Below are positions 1-10,022 of a DNA stretch of 64,000 nucleotides, piece after piece. The notes beneath the pieces are model-generated. The model was not told the origin of the DNA. It ran no database searches and saw nothing but the letters and a program-made list of their open reading frames with translations. The stretch spans positions 280 through 64,279 of the forward strand of contig JAFQEL010000034.1 of the NCBI GenBank assembly GCA_017399065.1, given 5' to 3'. The translations under genes were made by a program, and so were the position numbers. This DNA is from Clostridia bacterium (GTDB lineage Bacteria > Bacillota > Clostridia > Oscillospirales > Acutalibacteraceae). Positions within the stretch are counted from its first letter, which is position 1, and each line of letters opens with the position of its first letter.

Positions 1-2469
1 TAAGGAAAGAGCACCGAAAGCCTCTTCAAGAGGAAGGTCAAGTGCCTTATAATCGTGAGTTACGCCTGCCCGGAAAAGGTCATAATCGGGAACAAAATAC
101 ATTATAGGTCTGCCGAGATAAACGAAATCGAAAACAATAGACGAATAGTCGGTTATCATAAGAGCATAATTCTGCATCTCGTCAATTTCCTGTGTTACAC
201 GGATTCTGGGATTTTCGACCTTGAAATATTTATCGTAATCTCTGAAAATAGGATGATTTTTGAAATCAAGTGTGTAATCGTATTTTTCGAGCAGCTCTGC
301 AAGCTCTTTTGAATTGAGAAAAGCATTGGTTTCACGGTAGAAAGCTGATGCAAGAAACTTATCAACAAAAAGCTGGCGGGTATTATTCTCATAGTTTCCT
401 ATAAGATTTTTACGCCATGACGGTGAGAAAAGAAGCTTTTTGCTTGCTTTGGTATCAGTTGCCATACCGTCGAAACGAGGCATACCGCTTGCAAGCAGGT
501 CGGCATCCTTAAAATTATAAATTCGTTTGAAATTCTCACGTTCAAACTCGGAAGAAATAACAACCTTATCAACATTCGCCTTTTCTTTTGAATAAAGCAT
601 AGGTAGACGTGCGTGAAGAATACCGTGCTGAAGATAAACAAACTCGCACTTTATAATGTCGGAATACCAGCGAAGCGGCAAGCCGTCAAACGGGCTCATA
701 ATTGAAAGAGAATTGAACGAAGTGAGCACCTTTTCACAGTTGAAGAAAAGCATTTTATGCTTAAAGCTTTTGAATTTTACGACACGCTTTTTCTGTGCGG
801 AAGTAAAATGCTTATCATCAGCACTGAGATTATCGGCAATATAGTATCTTTCTACACCGTCTTTAATCGGGAAATCGTGTATAAACTGATAATATGCATT
901 ATCAAATATACCCTCACGGTCGATATATAGCCAGATTCGCTTATCGGTTGCTGTTTTTTCGGCAATCTTCCTGTAAATATAAGCAGCTTTACTTTCGGAC
1001 TTGACAGCATCATCTGCGGCAGCCTTAGCTGCTACGAGTGTACTTTCAGAAGGTTTACGAATAAGAAAGCCCTGCGATTTCTGATCAAAAAGCACGGTAT
1101 AGTTACCGTTCTTAACATAGAACTTTGCCTTATTGACAACAGTCTTGAAGCCGAAGAACACATTAGGTACACAGTCGTGACCGCCAACAACAGCGTGGAA
1201 AACAAGACCAATTTCATCAGGCAGATCAATAACGGTATCAAAACCTGCAAAATCGTTTGTGAGTGACTTACCCTTATAGTAGCTGTATGCATTTTTCTGT
1301 ACGGGCAGGTCAATAATACTGCCGTTTGAAAGCGAGCAGTAAAGACGTATATCCTCACGGCTTCCTACACCGTTTTTGAAATATCCCGATGTATGAAGCT
1401 TACCGTCGATAATACGGAATGTATTGAAAGTAATTATGTGTGGCTGAGAAAAAAGCAGACAATCGTCAGCATAAGCAGTCTGTGAAGAAGAGTTAGACAT
1501 AACCGTATAACTCTGACCCTTAAGCTTCATAAATGCGTCAACGTGATAAGGGTCAATATAAATTGAATCTGCAATAATTGAATTATCAACTTCGCTGAGC
1601 ACTCTTTGAATACGGGCAAGCTGATTATTTTTTGTTTCTTCGTCAACATCGCACACAAGCATATCGGAAGTAATACGCCAGCTGAGATTATAAACTACCA
1701 GAGCCTGAGCTACGGGATGAGGCTTACCGTTTTCATCACGAGAAGAATCGATAAGCTTATTGAGAAAGCTCATATACTGATCAAAGCAGTAATAGGGAGA
1801 GTTGAAGCTCTGACTTGCGGACTCACCGTGGCGGTAATAGGTATAAAGAGCATCACGGCAGAAACCGAGCTTACCTTTTTTCTTGAGCCAAGAGAAAATA
1901 AACCACTGATCCTCACCGAGTGAAAGGCTTTCATCAAAATAAATACGCTCGTCGGCAGACACGTTTTTTACACAGATATTCATCGTAGTCTGCAGGATAT
2001 TGGGATTAGCCATAACATCGTAAATACCGCTGCAGGTCATTATATCAAAACGCTTGTGCGTTGTAACCTTACCGTTTTCGCTGAGATAGTCGATAGAATA
2101 TGTAACAAGGTCAGTCTCATCATAATGATTCTCAAAAAAATTATATACAGACTCAAGGCTCTTTCGGCTGAGTGTATCGTCAGCATCAAGGAACATCAAA
2201 TACTTGCCCTGAGCAAGATCAATACCCTTGTTACGTGCACTCGAAACGCCGCCGTTTTCTTTCTCAAAATATACGATGGTATTGTCGGCTTCGGCATAAT
2301 TGCGACAGATTTCTCCGCAGTTGTCAGGAGAACCGTCATTAACAAAAACTATCTGGAAGTCTTCATAAGCCATAGTCTGCTCTCTGAGGCTTTCGACACA
2401 CTTTCTGATATGCTTTTCACAGTTGTATACGGGAATAATTACGGAAACCTTGTATTTATATTCTGACAT
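1..2469 (-). CDS. Fusion of glycosyltransferase family 2 and CDP-glycerol glycerophosphotransferase (TagB/TagF-like); C-terminus cut by the window edge
   Basis: Absent from the ORF track because there is no stop inside the window. The minus-strand frame from ATG 2469..2467 (AAAGGA upstream) stays open for 823 codons to position 1. The N-terminus MSEYKYKVSVIIPVYNCEKHI..FVNDGSPDNC..FLDADD is a GT2 (GT-A, DxD) signature. The C-terminal half (..LQHGILHARL..SSEFERENF..ITDYSSIVFDFVYLGRPI..) resembles TagF-type glycerophosphotransferases. Confidence 0.75.
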   Translation of the reverse strand, partial: MSEYKYKVSVIIPVYNCEKHIRKCVESLREQTMAYEDFQIVFVNDGSPDNCGEICRNYAEADNTIVYFEKENGGVSSARNKGIDLAQGKYLMFLDADDTLSRKSLESVYNFFENHYDETDLVTYSIDYLSENGKVTTHKRFDIMTCSGIYDVMANPNILQTTMNICVKNVSADERIYFDESLSLGEDQWFIFSWLKKKGKLGFCRDALYTYYRHGESASQSFNSPYYCFDQYMSFLNKLIDSSRDENGKPHPVAQALVVYNLSWRITSDMLVCDVDEETKNNQLARIQRVLSEVDNSIIADSIYIDPYHVDAFMKLKGQSYTVMSNSSSQTAYADDCLLFSQPHIITFNTFRIIDGKLHTSGYFKNGVGSREDIRLYCSLSNGSIIDLPVQKNAYSYYKGKSLTNDFAGFDTVIDLPDEIGLVFHAVVGGHDCVPNVFFGFKTVVNKAKFYVKNGNYTVLFDQKSQGFLIRKPSESTLVAAKAAADDAVKSESKAAYIYRKIAEKTATDKRIWLYIDREGIFDNAYYQFIHDFPIKDGVERYYIADNLSADDKHFTSAQKKRVVKFKSFKHKMLFFNCEKVLTSFNSLSIMSPFDGLPLRWYSDIIKCEFVYLQHGILHARLPMLYSKEKANVDKVVISSEFERENFKRIYNFKDADLLASGMPRFDGMATDTKASKKLLFSPSWRKNLIGNYENNTRQLFVDKFLASAFYRETNAFLNSKELAELLEKYDYTLDFKNHPIFRDYDKYFKVENPRIRVTQEIDEMQNYALMITDYSSIVFDFVYLGRPIMYFVPDYDLFRAGVTHDYKALDLPLEEAFGALSL

Positions 2470-2577
2470 ACCGCACAATCCTTTACAGTCATAATTAAAT
2501 TTATAATACTATATTTTGGCAAAAAAAGCAATAGAAATATAAAGCGTCCGGACAATTCATATCCGAACGCTTTACGA

Positions 2578-4911
2578 TTAAAGATACTTGATTATCGACG
2601 CTACAACTGCACCGAACATCGGGTGTGAATGAGAGTCTGCTCCGTCCCAGTTTTCCCATAGAGTTGTGGCACCGAGGTCACGGATATGGCGGAATGTACC
2701 GACGCCCTTATCGCTGACAAGCAGAGCCTTTGCAAGCTCCTTATCCCCTCTTTCACAGAGGATGCGTACAAGGATATCTGTACCGAAGATACCTGTATCA
2801 AACTTGCCGAGAGCAGTATACTTCTCAACAACATTTTTATATGTTCTTTCATCACCGAGGCCGAGGTCAGCCGCAAACGCATCTGCACCCTGCACTGCAT
2901 TACAGAATGAGCCTGTTGATTCATCAAAGTATTTATCAAGCATAGCTTTTTCAGCCTTTGCCGAGCGTTTGTCCATATCAGCGGCATTATCAATGCCGAG
3001 AATTTCACCAATCTCTTTTACAATTCTTACAGCCTTGATATAAAAATATGTATTTACAAAAGGCTCCGGGATAACGATTTTTTCGGGAGCACACCAATCA
3101 CCAAGGCACCAGCCGCCCTCTTCCCCTCTTACAACAAGGTTACCCTCACTGTGAGTTTCCATATACTGAAGATATTTGAGCATATTGGGATAATACTTTT
3201 TAAGCACATCCTTATCACCGTAGTGCTTATAGAATGTATAAGGCACAAAAACGATTGCACCGCCCCAACCGCCGGGGCCGCCGCCACCACCGTAAAACGG
3301 TGCTGTATGCTGAACGTGGCCGCCGTAGATATCCTGACAGTCGGCAACGTCTTGCATCCACTTGCGGTACATATCCTCGGCATCAAAGCAGGTCATAGCC
3401 GCATCGCAGGCAAGCTGACCGTCGCCTGTATAGCCAAGACGCTCTCTGTGAGGACAGTCTGACGGTACACAGCAGTGAACATTATTGAGCTGAGTACGGA
3501 TATAAGTGTCGACAATCCACTGAAGCATATCATCGTCACTCTTATAATCGGTTATAACCTTAAGATCGGTATGTACAACTGCAAACTCGGTCGGGTAAGC
3601 CCTGCCCTCAACCTCAAAATATCGACAGCCGTGCCAGGTAAACAGCGGATAAAACTGATGATCTTCGTGGTCTTCGGAGAACACAAACTCGTCTCTCTGC
3701 ATACGGAAATGCATACCGAGAGTATCAAAGTGCAATGAACCGTCCTCATTAAGCTCTTCAGAAAAACGCACAAAGGCTCTTTCGTCGGTTATCGCCTTTT
3801 CGTCGAAAACAATTTTCGGATAACCTGAAACGTTTTCACCAAGGTCATATATAGCAGTATCACCGAAAGAATAAATCTTCTTCGGGATTATTGTGCGTAT
3901 TTCTCTGTCAGGAGTACAGGTCTGCTTTGTAAGCAGAGCAAGAGGTCTTTCGAGCTTGACTGCTTTTTTCCACTCACCCTTGCCGATAAGGCGTGCATCG
4001 TGAGTTTCGCCGAAATAAATATTTGTACGTGTAACATAAGAATCACGCCACTCAATATCGGTATCAGACTTTGAAATCAGCTTATCACCTTCAAGAATTT
4101 TGAAAGCAAGCTTAAGCTGACCGTATTCTACCATACCTTCATTACGGCTCTGATTCTGACCGTACCAGCCTGCACCGATATGGAACTCGATAACGTTTTC
4201 GCCCTGCTTTACAAGGCTTGAAATATCGTTTTCAACATAATGAATACGGTGGATAATAGTATCGTATATCGGCATATGAATCTTCGTAAGGTCGCGCTTT
4301 TCGTAATTAGTCCACGCTGGAGTAAGCAGAGCATCCGTTACGGGCCGGCCGTTTACCGTGATATGAGAAAAGCCGAGACCACTTGAAATCAACCTGACGT
4401 CGGAGGTATCGGTTACGTTAAAGGTCTTGCGTGCATAAACGGCAACGCTGTCCTTTTCGAAGCCTACCCACTCGCAATCGTCAAACACAAGATCCATCTG
4501 CATATCAACGTGAGGAAGATTTTCTTCCATAAACTCGACACCTGCAATCGCAAAGCCGAATTTTTCATAAAAAGGCACAGCGTGAGTCTGACCGCTGATT
4601 TTAATCGTTTTTGAGCCAAGCTCCTTAGCTTTGGCAATAAGTGCATTAGTAACCTTTGAGCCAAGACCGGTACCTCTTGCCGATTTCTTTACAGCTATTC
4701 TGCCAAGCTTCCAGACGGCTTCTTCAAGCTGAATCAGTCTGCCCGTAGCAACGGTTTCACCGTTATCTTCTACAATATAATGCCACGCAACACCCTCGTG
4801 CTCATCATCTTCAAGATGTGCGGGAAAGCCCTGTTCATCAACAAAAACTTCGTCACGAAGCGGTTTTGCAAGTTTGTGGCCCTCAAAACCGTAATACCAT
4901 TTTTCTGTCAT
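2578..4911 (-). CDS. GNAT N-acetyltransferase domain fused to a GH78-family alpha-L-rhamnosidase-like six-hairpin glycosidase
   Basis: The first ~140 aa are a GNAT fold (..GRLIQLEEAVWKLGRIAVKKSARGTGLGSKV..AVPFYEKFGF). The remainder carries the GH78 hallmark SDCPHRERLGYTGDG and the C-terminal WENW/HPMFG region. The RBS AGAGGTG lies inside the end of the upstream gene. Confidence 0.75.
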   Translation of the reverse strand: MTEKWYYGFEGHKLAKPLRDEVFVDEQGFPAHLEDDEHEGVAWHYIVEDNGETVATGRLIQLEEAVWKLGRIAVKKSARGTGLGSKVTNALIAKAKELGSKTIKISGQTHAVPFYEKFGFAIAGVEFMEENLPHVDMQMDLVFDDCEWVGFEKDSVAVYARKTFNVTDTSDVRLISSGLGFSHITVNGRPVTDALLTPAWTNYEKRDLTKIHMPIYDTIIHRIHYVENDISSLVKQGENVIEFHIGAGWYGQNQSRNEGMVEYGQLKLAFKILEGDKLISKSDTDIEWRDSYVTRTNIYFGETHDARLIGKGEWKKAVKLERPLALLTKQTCTPDREIRTIIPKKIYSFGDTAIYDLGENVSGYPKIVFDEKAITDERAFVRFSEELNEDGSLHFDTLGMHFRMQRDEFVFSEDHEDHQFYPLFTWHGCRYFEVEGRAYPTEFAVVHTDLKVITDYKSDDDMLQWIVDTYIRTQLNNVHCCVPSDCPHRERLGYTGDGQLACDAAMTCFDAEDMYRKWMQDVADCQDIYGGHVQHTAPFYGGGGGPGGWGGAIVFVPYTFYKHYGDKDVLKKYYPNMLKYLQYMETHSEGNLVVRGEEGGWCLGDWCAPEKIVIPEPFVNTYFYIKAVRIVKEIGEILGIDNAADMDKRSAKAEKAMLDKYFDESTGSFCNAVQGADAFAADLGLGDERTYKNVVEKYTALGKFDTGIFGTDILVRILCERGDKELAKALLVSDKGVGTFRHIRDLGATTLWENWDGADSHSHPMFGAVVASIIKYL

Positions 4912-4914
4912 TTT

Positions 4915-6072
4915 TCACACCTCTTCTGCTGATAAAAACTTAAGTATTTCTTCTTTGGAAGCTTTCACGCTTCCCTGAATCATTTCAGGTTTACCGCCAC
5001 CTCTGCCGCAAAGAGCAGAATTAAACTGTTTTGCAAAGGCGCTTAAATTTAACATATTACTGCCCAAGCAGTATTTATAGCCGTCTTCCGCATGAACAAA
5101 TACACCTACTATACCGTTGCAAAGCAGCTTACCTGCATTTACTGTCTCACGCAAGCCGTCTGCATCAAGATCATCTGTAAATACGCAAACGTTTGAATCA
5201 GTTCCTTTAAACCTTTTGATATATTTAAGTGTTTTCTCTTTATTCATTTGCTCAATCTGATAATCGAGCTTGGCTTTTTCCGCTTTAAGGTGCTCGACAG
5301 CTTCGGCAACTTCGTTTTCTTTAGCGCAAAGCGAAGCCGAAATCGCACTGATACTCGCGCATCTGCCGCAATAATCCTCAAGTGCTTCAAAACCACATTT
5401 GAGAAGCAATCTTGTGCCGCCTCTATGACTTTGATGAGAAAGGATTTTGATGATACCTACTTCACCCGTACGCCTTACGTGAGGTGCACAGCAGGCACAA
5501 AGGTCGTAGCTGTCAATACGAACAAGACGCACATCCTCTGTCAAGTCAAGCTTACTGCGGTATTCAATAGTTTCAAGCTCGTTTTCATCAGGATAAAAAC
5601 AGGTAACTTCAACATTATCAAACACAGCTTTATTGGCAAGGTATTCGATTTTACGCACCTGCTCTTCTGTTAAAGGGCCGCTTAAATCTGCTGTAATACC
5701 AAATGTACCCATGTGAAAGCCTGTGTTTTCGTAGCCAAAAAGACTGTGGGCAACACCGCAGACAATATGCTCACCCGTATGATTCTGCATTCTGCCAAAG
5801 CGTAAATCCCAATCAATAACACCGTGTACGGATTCGCCTGCTACAAAAGAAGAATCAACAAGATGCAGTATTCTGCCCTGTTCTTCATTGACATTCTTGA
5901 CAGCAACACCGTCAATTGTACCCTCATCAGCGAGCTGACCACCGCCGTTAGGGAAAAACGCGGTTTGGTCAAGCTCAAGCAAAAATCCTTTTTCACAAGG
6001 AACACAAGCAACTACAGTTGCATCAAACTCTTTTATATGACCGTCATCGTAAAGTCTTTTGGTAACTATCAT
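4915..6072 (-). CDS. AlaX-L type alanyl-tRNA editing protein (AlaRS editing domain plus DHHA1-like C-terminal domain)
   Basis: HTGEHIV (HxxxH) and CACCAPH (CxxxH) zinc motifs of the Thr/Ala-tRNA synthetase second additional domain. The C-terminal GRGGGKPEMIQG resembles DHHA1. Confidence 0.8.
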   Translation of the reverse strand: MIVTKRLYDDGHIKEFDATVVACVPCEKGFLLELDQTAFFPNGGGQLADEGTIDGVAVKNVNEEQGRILHLVDSSFVAGESVHGVIDWDLRFGRMQNHTGEHIVCGVAHSLFGYENTGFHMGTFGITADLSGPLTEEQVRKIEYLANKAVFDNVEVTCFYPDENELETIEYRSKLDLTEDVRLVRIDSYDLCACCAPHVRRTGEVGIIKILSHQSHRGGTRLLLKCGFEALEDYCGRCASISAISASLCAKENEVAEAVEHLKAEKAKLDYQIEQMNKEKTLKYIKRFKGTDSNVCVFTDDLDADGLRETVNAGKLLCNGIVGVFVHAEDGYKYCLGSNMLNLSAFAKQFNSALCGRGGGKPEMIQGSVKASKEEILKFLSAEEV

Positions 6073-6100
6073 TCGAATTTTCTCCGTTTAGTCCGATTGT

Positions 6101-6136
6101 AAAAAAGCCACTTCACCGTATAACACGGGAAGTGGC
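6101..6136 (-). terminator. Rho-independent terminator after the 52-aa ORF
   Basis: On the minus strand, GCCACUUC..GAAGUGGC forms a hairpin (6107-6114 / 6129-6136) followed by a U-run (A-run 6101-6106 on the plus strand). Confidence 0.6.
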
Positions 6137-6160
6137 ACGATAAACAATGGTACAACAATA

Positions 6161-6319
6161 TTACTCAATATCGGGTGTCATAACGTAACCGTCGCCTTCG
6201 ACATATACCTGTTCATCGACAGCATTCTGAGCAAACGGATTGAATACACCGCTGTCTGTAATAACATCCGCAATATCAAATTTTATAATCTCTGCATCCG
6301 GCTTGATATACTTCTTCAT
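6161..6319 (-). CDS. Small acidic hypothetical protein (52 aa), below the ORF-track size cut-off
   Basis: ATG at 6319 is preceded by GAGAGGGA at the correct spacing. Translation: MKKYIKPDAEIIKFDIADVITDSGVFNPFAQNAVDEQVYVEGDGYVMTPDIE. Stop TAA at 6163..6161. It has its own terminator downstream. Confidence 0.45.
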   Translation of the reverse strand: MKKYIKPDAEIIKFDIADVITDSGVFNPFAQNAVDEQVYVEGDGYVMTPDIE

Positions 6320-6482
6320 CGCCGCATCCCTCTCTCAAAACAAATTAACTATACATATAGACATACTAATAATACTAATTACATTCGGATTATACAACAT
6401 ATAGAATCACTTGTCAAGAATATATACATAAATTATTTATAAATTTTAAAATATCTGTGACATTTCAAAAATGCAAGCTGTA

Positions 6483-6511
6483 TTGACATCCTCTTTTTTA
6501 TACTATATAAT
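6483..6511 (+). promoter_or_regulatory. Sigma-A type promoter for the CPBP gene
   Basis: TTGACA (6483-6488), 17-nt spacer, TATAAT (6506-6511). Confidence 0.5.
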
Positions 6512-6541
6512 CATTATTATGCTATTAAAGGAGGATTATAC

Positions 6542-7756
6542 GTGGCTAACCGCGATGAACTTATAAAGCAATTTGGCGAAGCAGAAGAAAAGCAGCCCAA
6601 AACCCAATCCCAAGAAACTCTTGCCGTACCTGATTCACTTGCAATAAAGGAAAAACAACCGCAAGATAAAGTAAATCACCACGGCGGCAAAGTAAAACGC
6701 AAGAGAGAAAAATTTAAAAAGAAAACATTCTTTGCAATCAAAAACATTTTCACTGACAAAACATTAAGTAAAATGCTCAACGTATTTCTTTTCTGTATGA
6801 TCGTAAATGTAGTTGAGTACTTTGTACTGATAAATTACCTGGGCATACCGACAAAAGGAGCTATAGGTAAGCTTCTCGGTGCACTTATTATACTCGGCTA
6901 TATGTATACGGCAAGGCTTAAGCCGCACAATGTGGGATTGAGTACAAATCCGAGAGCTATTTCAAGCGGTATACGTAACGCTTTGATTTTCAATCTGTCA
7001 ATAATACCTGCCTATATTATTGAATATATTATTCTTACAATTGTAAAGGGTAAGAATATAATTGTAAGGCTGTACGCATACGATTCTTCGTTTTCCGAGG
7101 TCGGACCGGTTTACTTTATTGCCAATATTCTGTTACTGCTCGTTATATCCGTGCTTTCCGTTGTGATGCTCGAGGTACTTTTCCGCGGTATACTGATGAA
7201 AATGGGTAAAGGCAAATTCGGTTTCTGGCAGACAGCCGTTATCATTTCAGTTTTTTATTCCATATGGTATCTGGTGGTTCCGCTTTCAAAGCTTACAGCA
7301 GGCTACAAACCCCATCAGATAGCTTCACTTTGTATATTCTACCTCGTTTTTGAGTTTATACTTTCTCTCAAATGGTGTATGTGTGCAAGAGCTACCGGTT
7401 CTATATGGTTAGGTTTATTTGACCATCTTATTTTCAATGTATCAGTAAATCTGCTGCACATAATCAATATGACTGACACAACCATATCTACAGACAGCTA
7501 CAGAAATTACAGACTTATACTTATACAGATAGTTTCATTCACAATTTGTTTCTCATACTATAAAATGAAAATGCGTAAAAAAGAAAAAATCCTGCGCGCA
7601 GCAGGTGTACACAGCATTTATTCATTTGACAGTCTTGCTGAAATGAGCGAAGAAGACGTAACCCGTCAAGCAGAGCGAATCAAGACTGCAGAGGGTGAAA
7701 TAGACGCCGAATACCTCAAGCTGCTTGAACGCAACAAACTGAATAGCAACAAATAA
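6542..7756 (+). CDS. CPBP (CAAX/Abi) family intramembrane glutamic endopeptidase with a lysine-rich N-terminal tail
   Basis: Multi-pass membrane protein with MLEVLFRGIL (EExxxR-type motif 1) and FDHLIFNV (HxxxN/D motif). GTG start 7 nt after AAGGAGG. Confidence 0.65.
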   Translation: MANRDELIKQFGEAEEKQPKTQSQETLAVPDSLAIKEKQPQDKVNHHGGKVKRKREKFKKKTFFAIKNIFTDKTLSKMLNVFLFCMIVNVVEYFVLINYLGIPTKGAIGKLLGALIILGYMYTARLKPHNVGLSTNPRAISSGIRNALIFNLSIIPAYIIEYIILTIVKGKNIIVRLYAYDSSFSEVGPVYFIANILLLLVISVLSVVMLEVLFRGILMKMGKGKFGFWQTAVIISVFYSIWYLVVPLSKLTAGYKPHQIASLCIFYLVFEFILSLKWCMCARATGSIWLGLFDHLIFNVSVNLLHIINMTDTTISTDSYRNYRLILIQIVSFTICFSYYKMKMRKKEKILRAAGVHSIYSFDSLAEMSEEDVTRQAERIKTAEGEIDAEYLKLLERNKLNSNK

Positions 7757-7762
7757 ATCCGT

Positions 7763-7808
7763 AGGGGATGTAAAAAACTTTTTTGTTTTTTACATCCCCT
7801 AATTTTTA
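7763..7808 (+). terminator. Rho-independent terminator
   Basis: AGGGGATGTAAAAAA / TTTTTTACATCCCCT perfect hairpin followed by AATTTTT. Confidence 0.75.
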
Positions 7809-7818
7809 ATATAATAAG

Positions 7819-7847
7819 TTGACGGTAAAGATGGCATAATGTATAAT
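7819..7847 (+). promoter_or_regulatory. Sigma-A promoter (extended -10) for pyk
   Basis: TTGACG (7819-7824), 17-nt spacer ending in TG, TATAAT (7842-7847). Confidence 0.5.
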
Positions 7848-7877
7848 ATAGTATAATTTTTATTTGGTGGTAAATCA

Positions 7878-9317
7878 ATGCGCAAAACAAAAATAGTATG
7901 CACACTCGGACCTGCGTGCAGCTCGAAAGATAAAATCAAACAAATGGCTTTAAGAGGTATGAATGTTGCCAGGCTGAATTTTTCCCACGGCTCACACGAA
8001 TACCATAAAGATATGATAGACACCGTCAAAATAATCAGAAAAGAGCTTGGTTTACCTCTCGCGATTCTTCTTGATACCAAAGGCCCCGAAATAAGGACAG
8101 GTTGTTTTGACGGCGGCGAAGCCGTGATCCGTACCGGAGATGAAATTACGCTCACCACTGCAGCAGCCATAAGCAACCAAAAAACTATATCTGTCACCTA
8201 TCGAGAACTTCCGTCTCAGCTGAAACCGGGCGATACGGTACTAATTGATGACGGCAAAATCCGCCTTGAAGTTATAACAACTACCAATACGGATATCCGA
8301 TGCAAAATACTGTGCGGCGGAATAATCTCTGACCGCAAGAGTATAAACATCCCAGGCATTTCTCTCGATATGCCATATATGAGTGAGACTGATAAAAACG
8401 ATATTTTATTCGGCATTGAAAATAATATCGACTTTATAGCCGCTTCATTTGTACGCAAAGAAGAAGACGTTATTGAACTGCGGAAATTCATCGACTATCA
8501 CGGCGGACACAGCATAAAAATCATATCAAAAATTGAAAATATTGAAGGTATTAAAAATTTTGACAGTATCCTCCGACAATCAGACGGAATAATGGTTGCC
8601 AGAGGTGATATGGGAGTAGAAGTTGACTACGAAAAGCTTCCCGGATTGCAGAAAAAATTCATACGCAAGTGCTACCAATCGGGAAAAATGGTAATCACCG
8701 CAACACAGATGCTTGACTCAATGATATACTCCCCCACACCCACAAGAGCAGAAATAACCGACGTAGCAAACGCAGTATTTGACGGTACAAGTGCAGTTAT
8801 GCTCTCAGGAGAAACAGCCGCAGGAAAGTATCCGCTTGAAGCGGTCTGTGCGATGGCAAAAATTGCAGAGCAAGCCGAACGTGACCAATTCGAGATATTC
8901 GGTAAAGAAAAGCTTGGTATCAAATATGAAATGGATGCATCCGACACAACGAATGCTTTATGCGATGCCGCATGCACAACAGCACGAGATCTTAACGCTG
9001 CTGCAATAATATCTGTAACCAAATCAGGGCAGACTGCAAGACGAATGTCAAAATTCCGGCCGGAGTTTCCGATCGTAGCCGCAACACCGAGCGAAAAAAC
9101 ATTTCATCAGCTTTCACTTTCCTGGGGTGTATATCCCGTACTTGCGTTATATCAGAATTCATACGACAACCTTATAATACACGCTGTAGACTGCGCAAAG
9201 CAGATTGATATTGTTAAAAGCGACGACGTCGTCGTTATAGCGGCAGGTCTCCCGCTTGATACGACCGGCAGTACAAATATGCTCAGAATCGAAACAGTAA
9301 AAGGTAACTGTGAATGA
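7878..9317 (+). CDS. pyk: Pyruvate kinase
   Basis: MRKTKIVCTLGPA.., ..NFSHG.., ..MVARGDMGVE.., ..MLSGETAAGKYP.. are canonical pyruvate kinase motifs. Length 479 aa. Confidence 0.95.
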   Translation: MRKTKIVCTLGPACSSKDKIKQMALRGMNVARLNFSHGSHEYHKDMIDTVKIIRKELGLPLAILLDTKGPEIRTGCFDGGEAVIRTGDEITLTTAAAISNQKTISVTYRELPSQLKPGDTVLIDDGKIRLEVITTTNTDIRCKILCGGIISDRKSINIPGISLDMPYMSETDKNDILFGIENNIDFIAASFVRKEEDVIELRKFIDYHGGHSIKIISKIENIEGIKNFDSILRQSDGIMVARGDMGVEVDYEKLPGLQKKFIRKCYQSGKMVITATQMLDSMIYSPTPTRAEITDVANAVFDGTSAVMLSGETAAGKYPLEAVCAMAKIAEQAERDQFEIFGKEKLGIKYEMDASDTTNALCDAACTTARDLNAAAIISVTKSGQTARRMSKFRPEFPIVAATPSEKTFHQLSLSWGVYPVLALYQNSYDNLIIHAVDCAKQIDIVKSDDVVVIAAGLPLDTTGSTNMLRIETVKGNCE

Positions 9318-9991
9318 CACATAATTACATTTTGAACAGAAGCCGACGGAAAACGATTTCACTTACCGTCAAACCGGACTGCACCGTAGAAGTAAATGCT
9401 CCTTTGAAAGCAAGCACAAAACAGATTGACGAATTTGTCTCAAAAAAGAGCAGCTGGATCGAAAAACAGCTTGTCTATATAAAAAATACAAACGAGAAAA
9501 GGCAGAAATTCGTTATCGAATACGGCACTCAGGTTTATTTCTTCGGTAAAAGGGTGCCGATTGTTGCCGACAATATTCGCAAAGCAATGCTGACAGAAAA
9601 CTCCGTACTGATGCCGCAAGGTCTTGACAGTGAAGAAATAAAGCAAAAGCTGATTATGTTTTATAAAGATACCGCAAGAGAATATATAAGCAATCAGCTC
9701 CCCTACTACTGTGCATTAACCGGATTAAATTACAGCAAGTTTACTATATCAAGCGCTAAAACCAATTGGGGAAGCTGTACGTCTGACAGGCTTCACTTTT
9801 CCTGGCATCTGATAATGTCAGAAAAGGAAGTTATTGATTACGTTATAATCCACGAGCTGACTCATACAAAGCATCATAATCACAGCTCTGCTTTCTGGAA
9901 TGAAGTAAGCAAATACTGCCCTGAGTGGAAGAAACTTCGTACAAGATTAAGATTTTACTCCGAAGTATTATCACAAGAAGGTTGGTGTTAA
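9314..9991 (+). CDS. YgjP-like (DUF45/M48-type) zinc metallopeptidase
   Basis: RSRRKTISLTVKPDCTVEVNAP N-terminus and HELTHTKHHNHSSAFW (HExxH plus NHS..FW). ATGA overlap with the pyk stop. Confidence 0.75.
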   Translation: MTHNYILNRSRRKTISLTVKPDCTVEVNAPLKASTKQIDEFVSKKSSWIEKQLVYIKNTNEKRQKFVIEYGTQVYFFGKRVPIVADNIRKAMLTENSVLMPQGLDSEEIKQKLIMFYKDTAREYISNQLPYYCALTGLNYSKFTISSAKTNWGSCTSDRLHFSWHLIMSEKEVIDYVIIHELTHTKHHNHSSAFWNEVSKYCPEWKKLRTRLRFYSEVLSQEGWC

Positions 9992-10022
9992 GCCAGCATC
10001 AAGCCGAAAGGATGAAAATAAA

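Noticed and set aside
3240-3300. GC-rich tract ggggccgccgccaccaccg in the GH78 gene, considered as a repeat or slippage site
   Set aside because: It simply encodes the conserved Gly-rich loop YGGGGGPGGWGG on the minus strand. It is in frame and not repeated elsewhere.
6072-6319. Small ORF plus terminator acting as a leader-peptide attenuator for alaX
   Set aside because: The peptide is 52 aa and is not enriched in Ala, Ser or Gly codons. I found no alternative antiterminator pairing. It is reported only as a stand-alone small gene.
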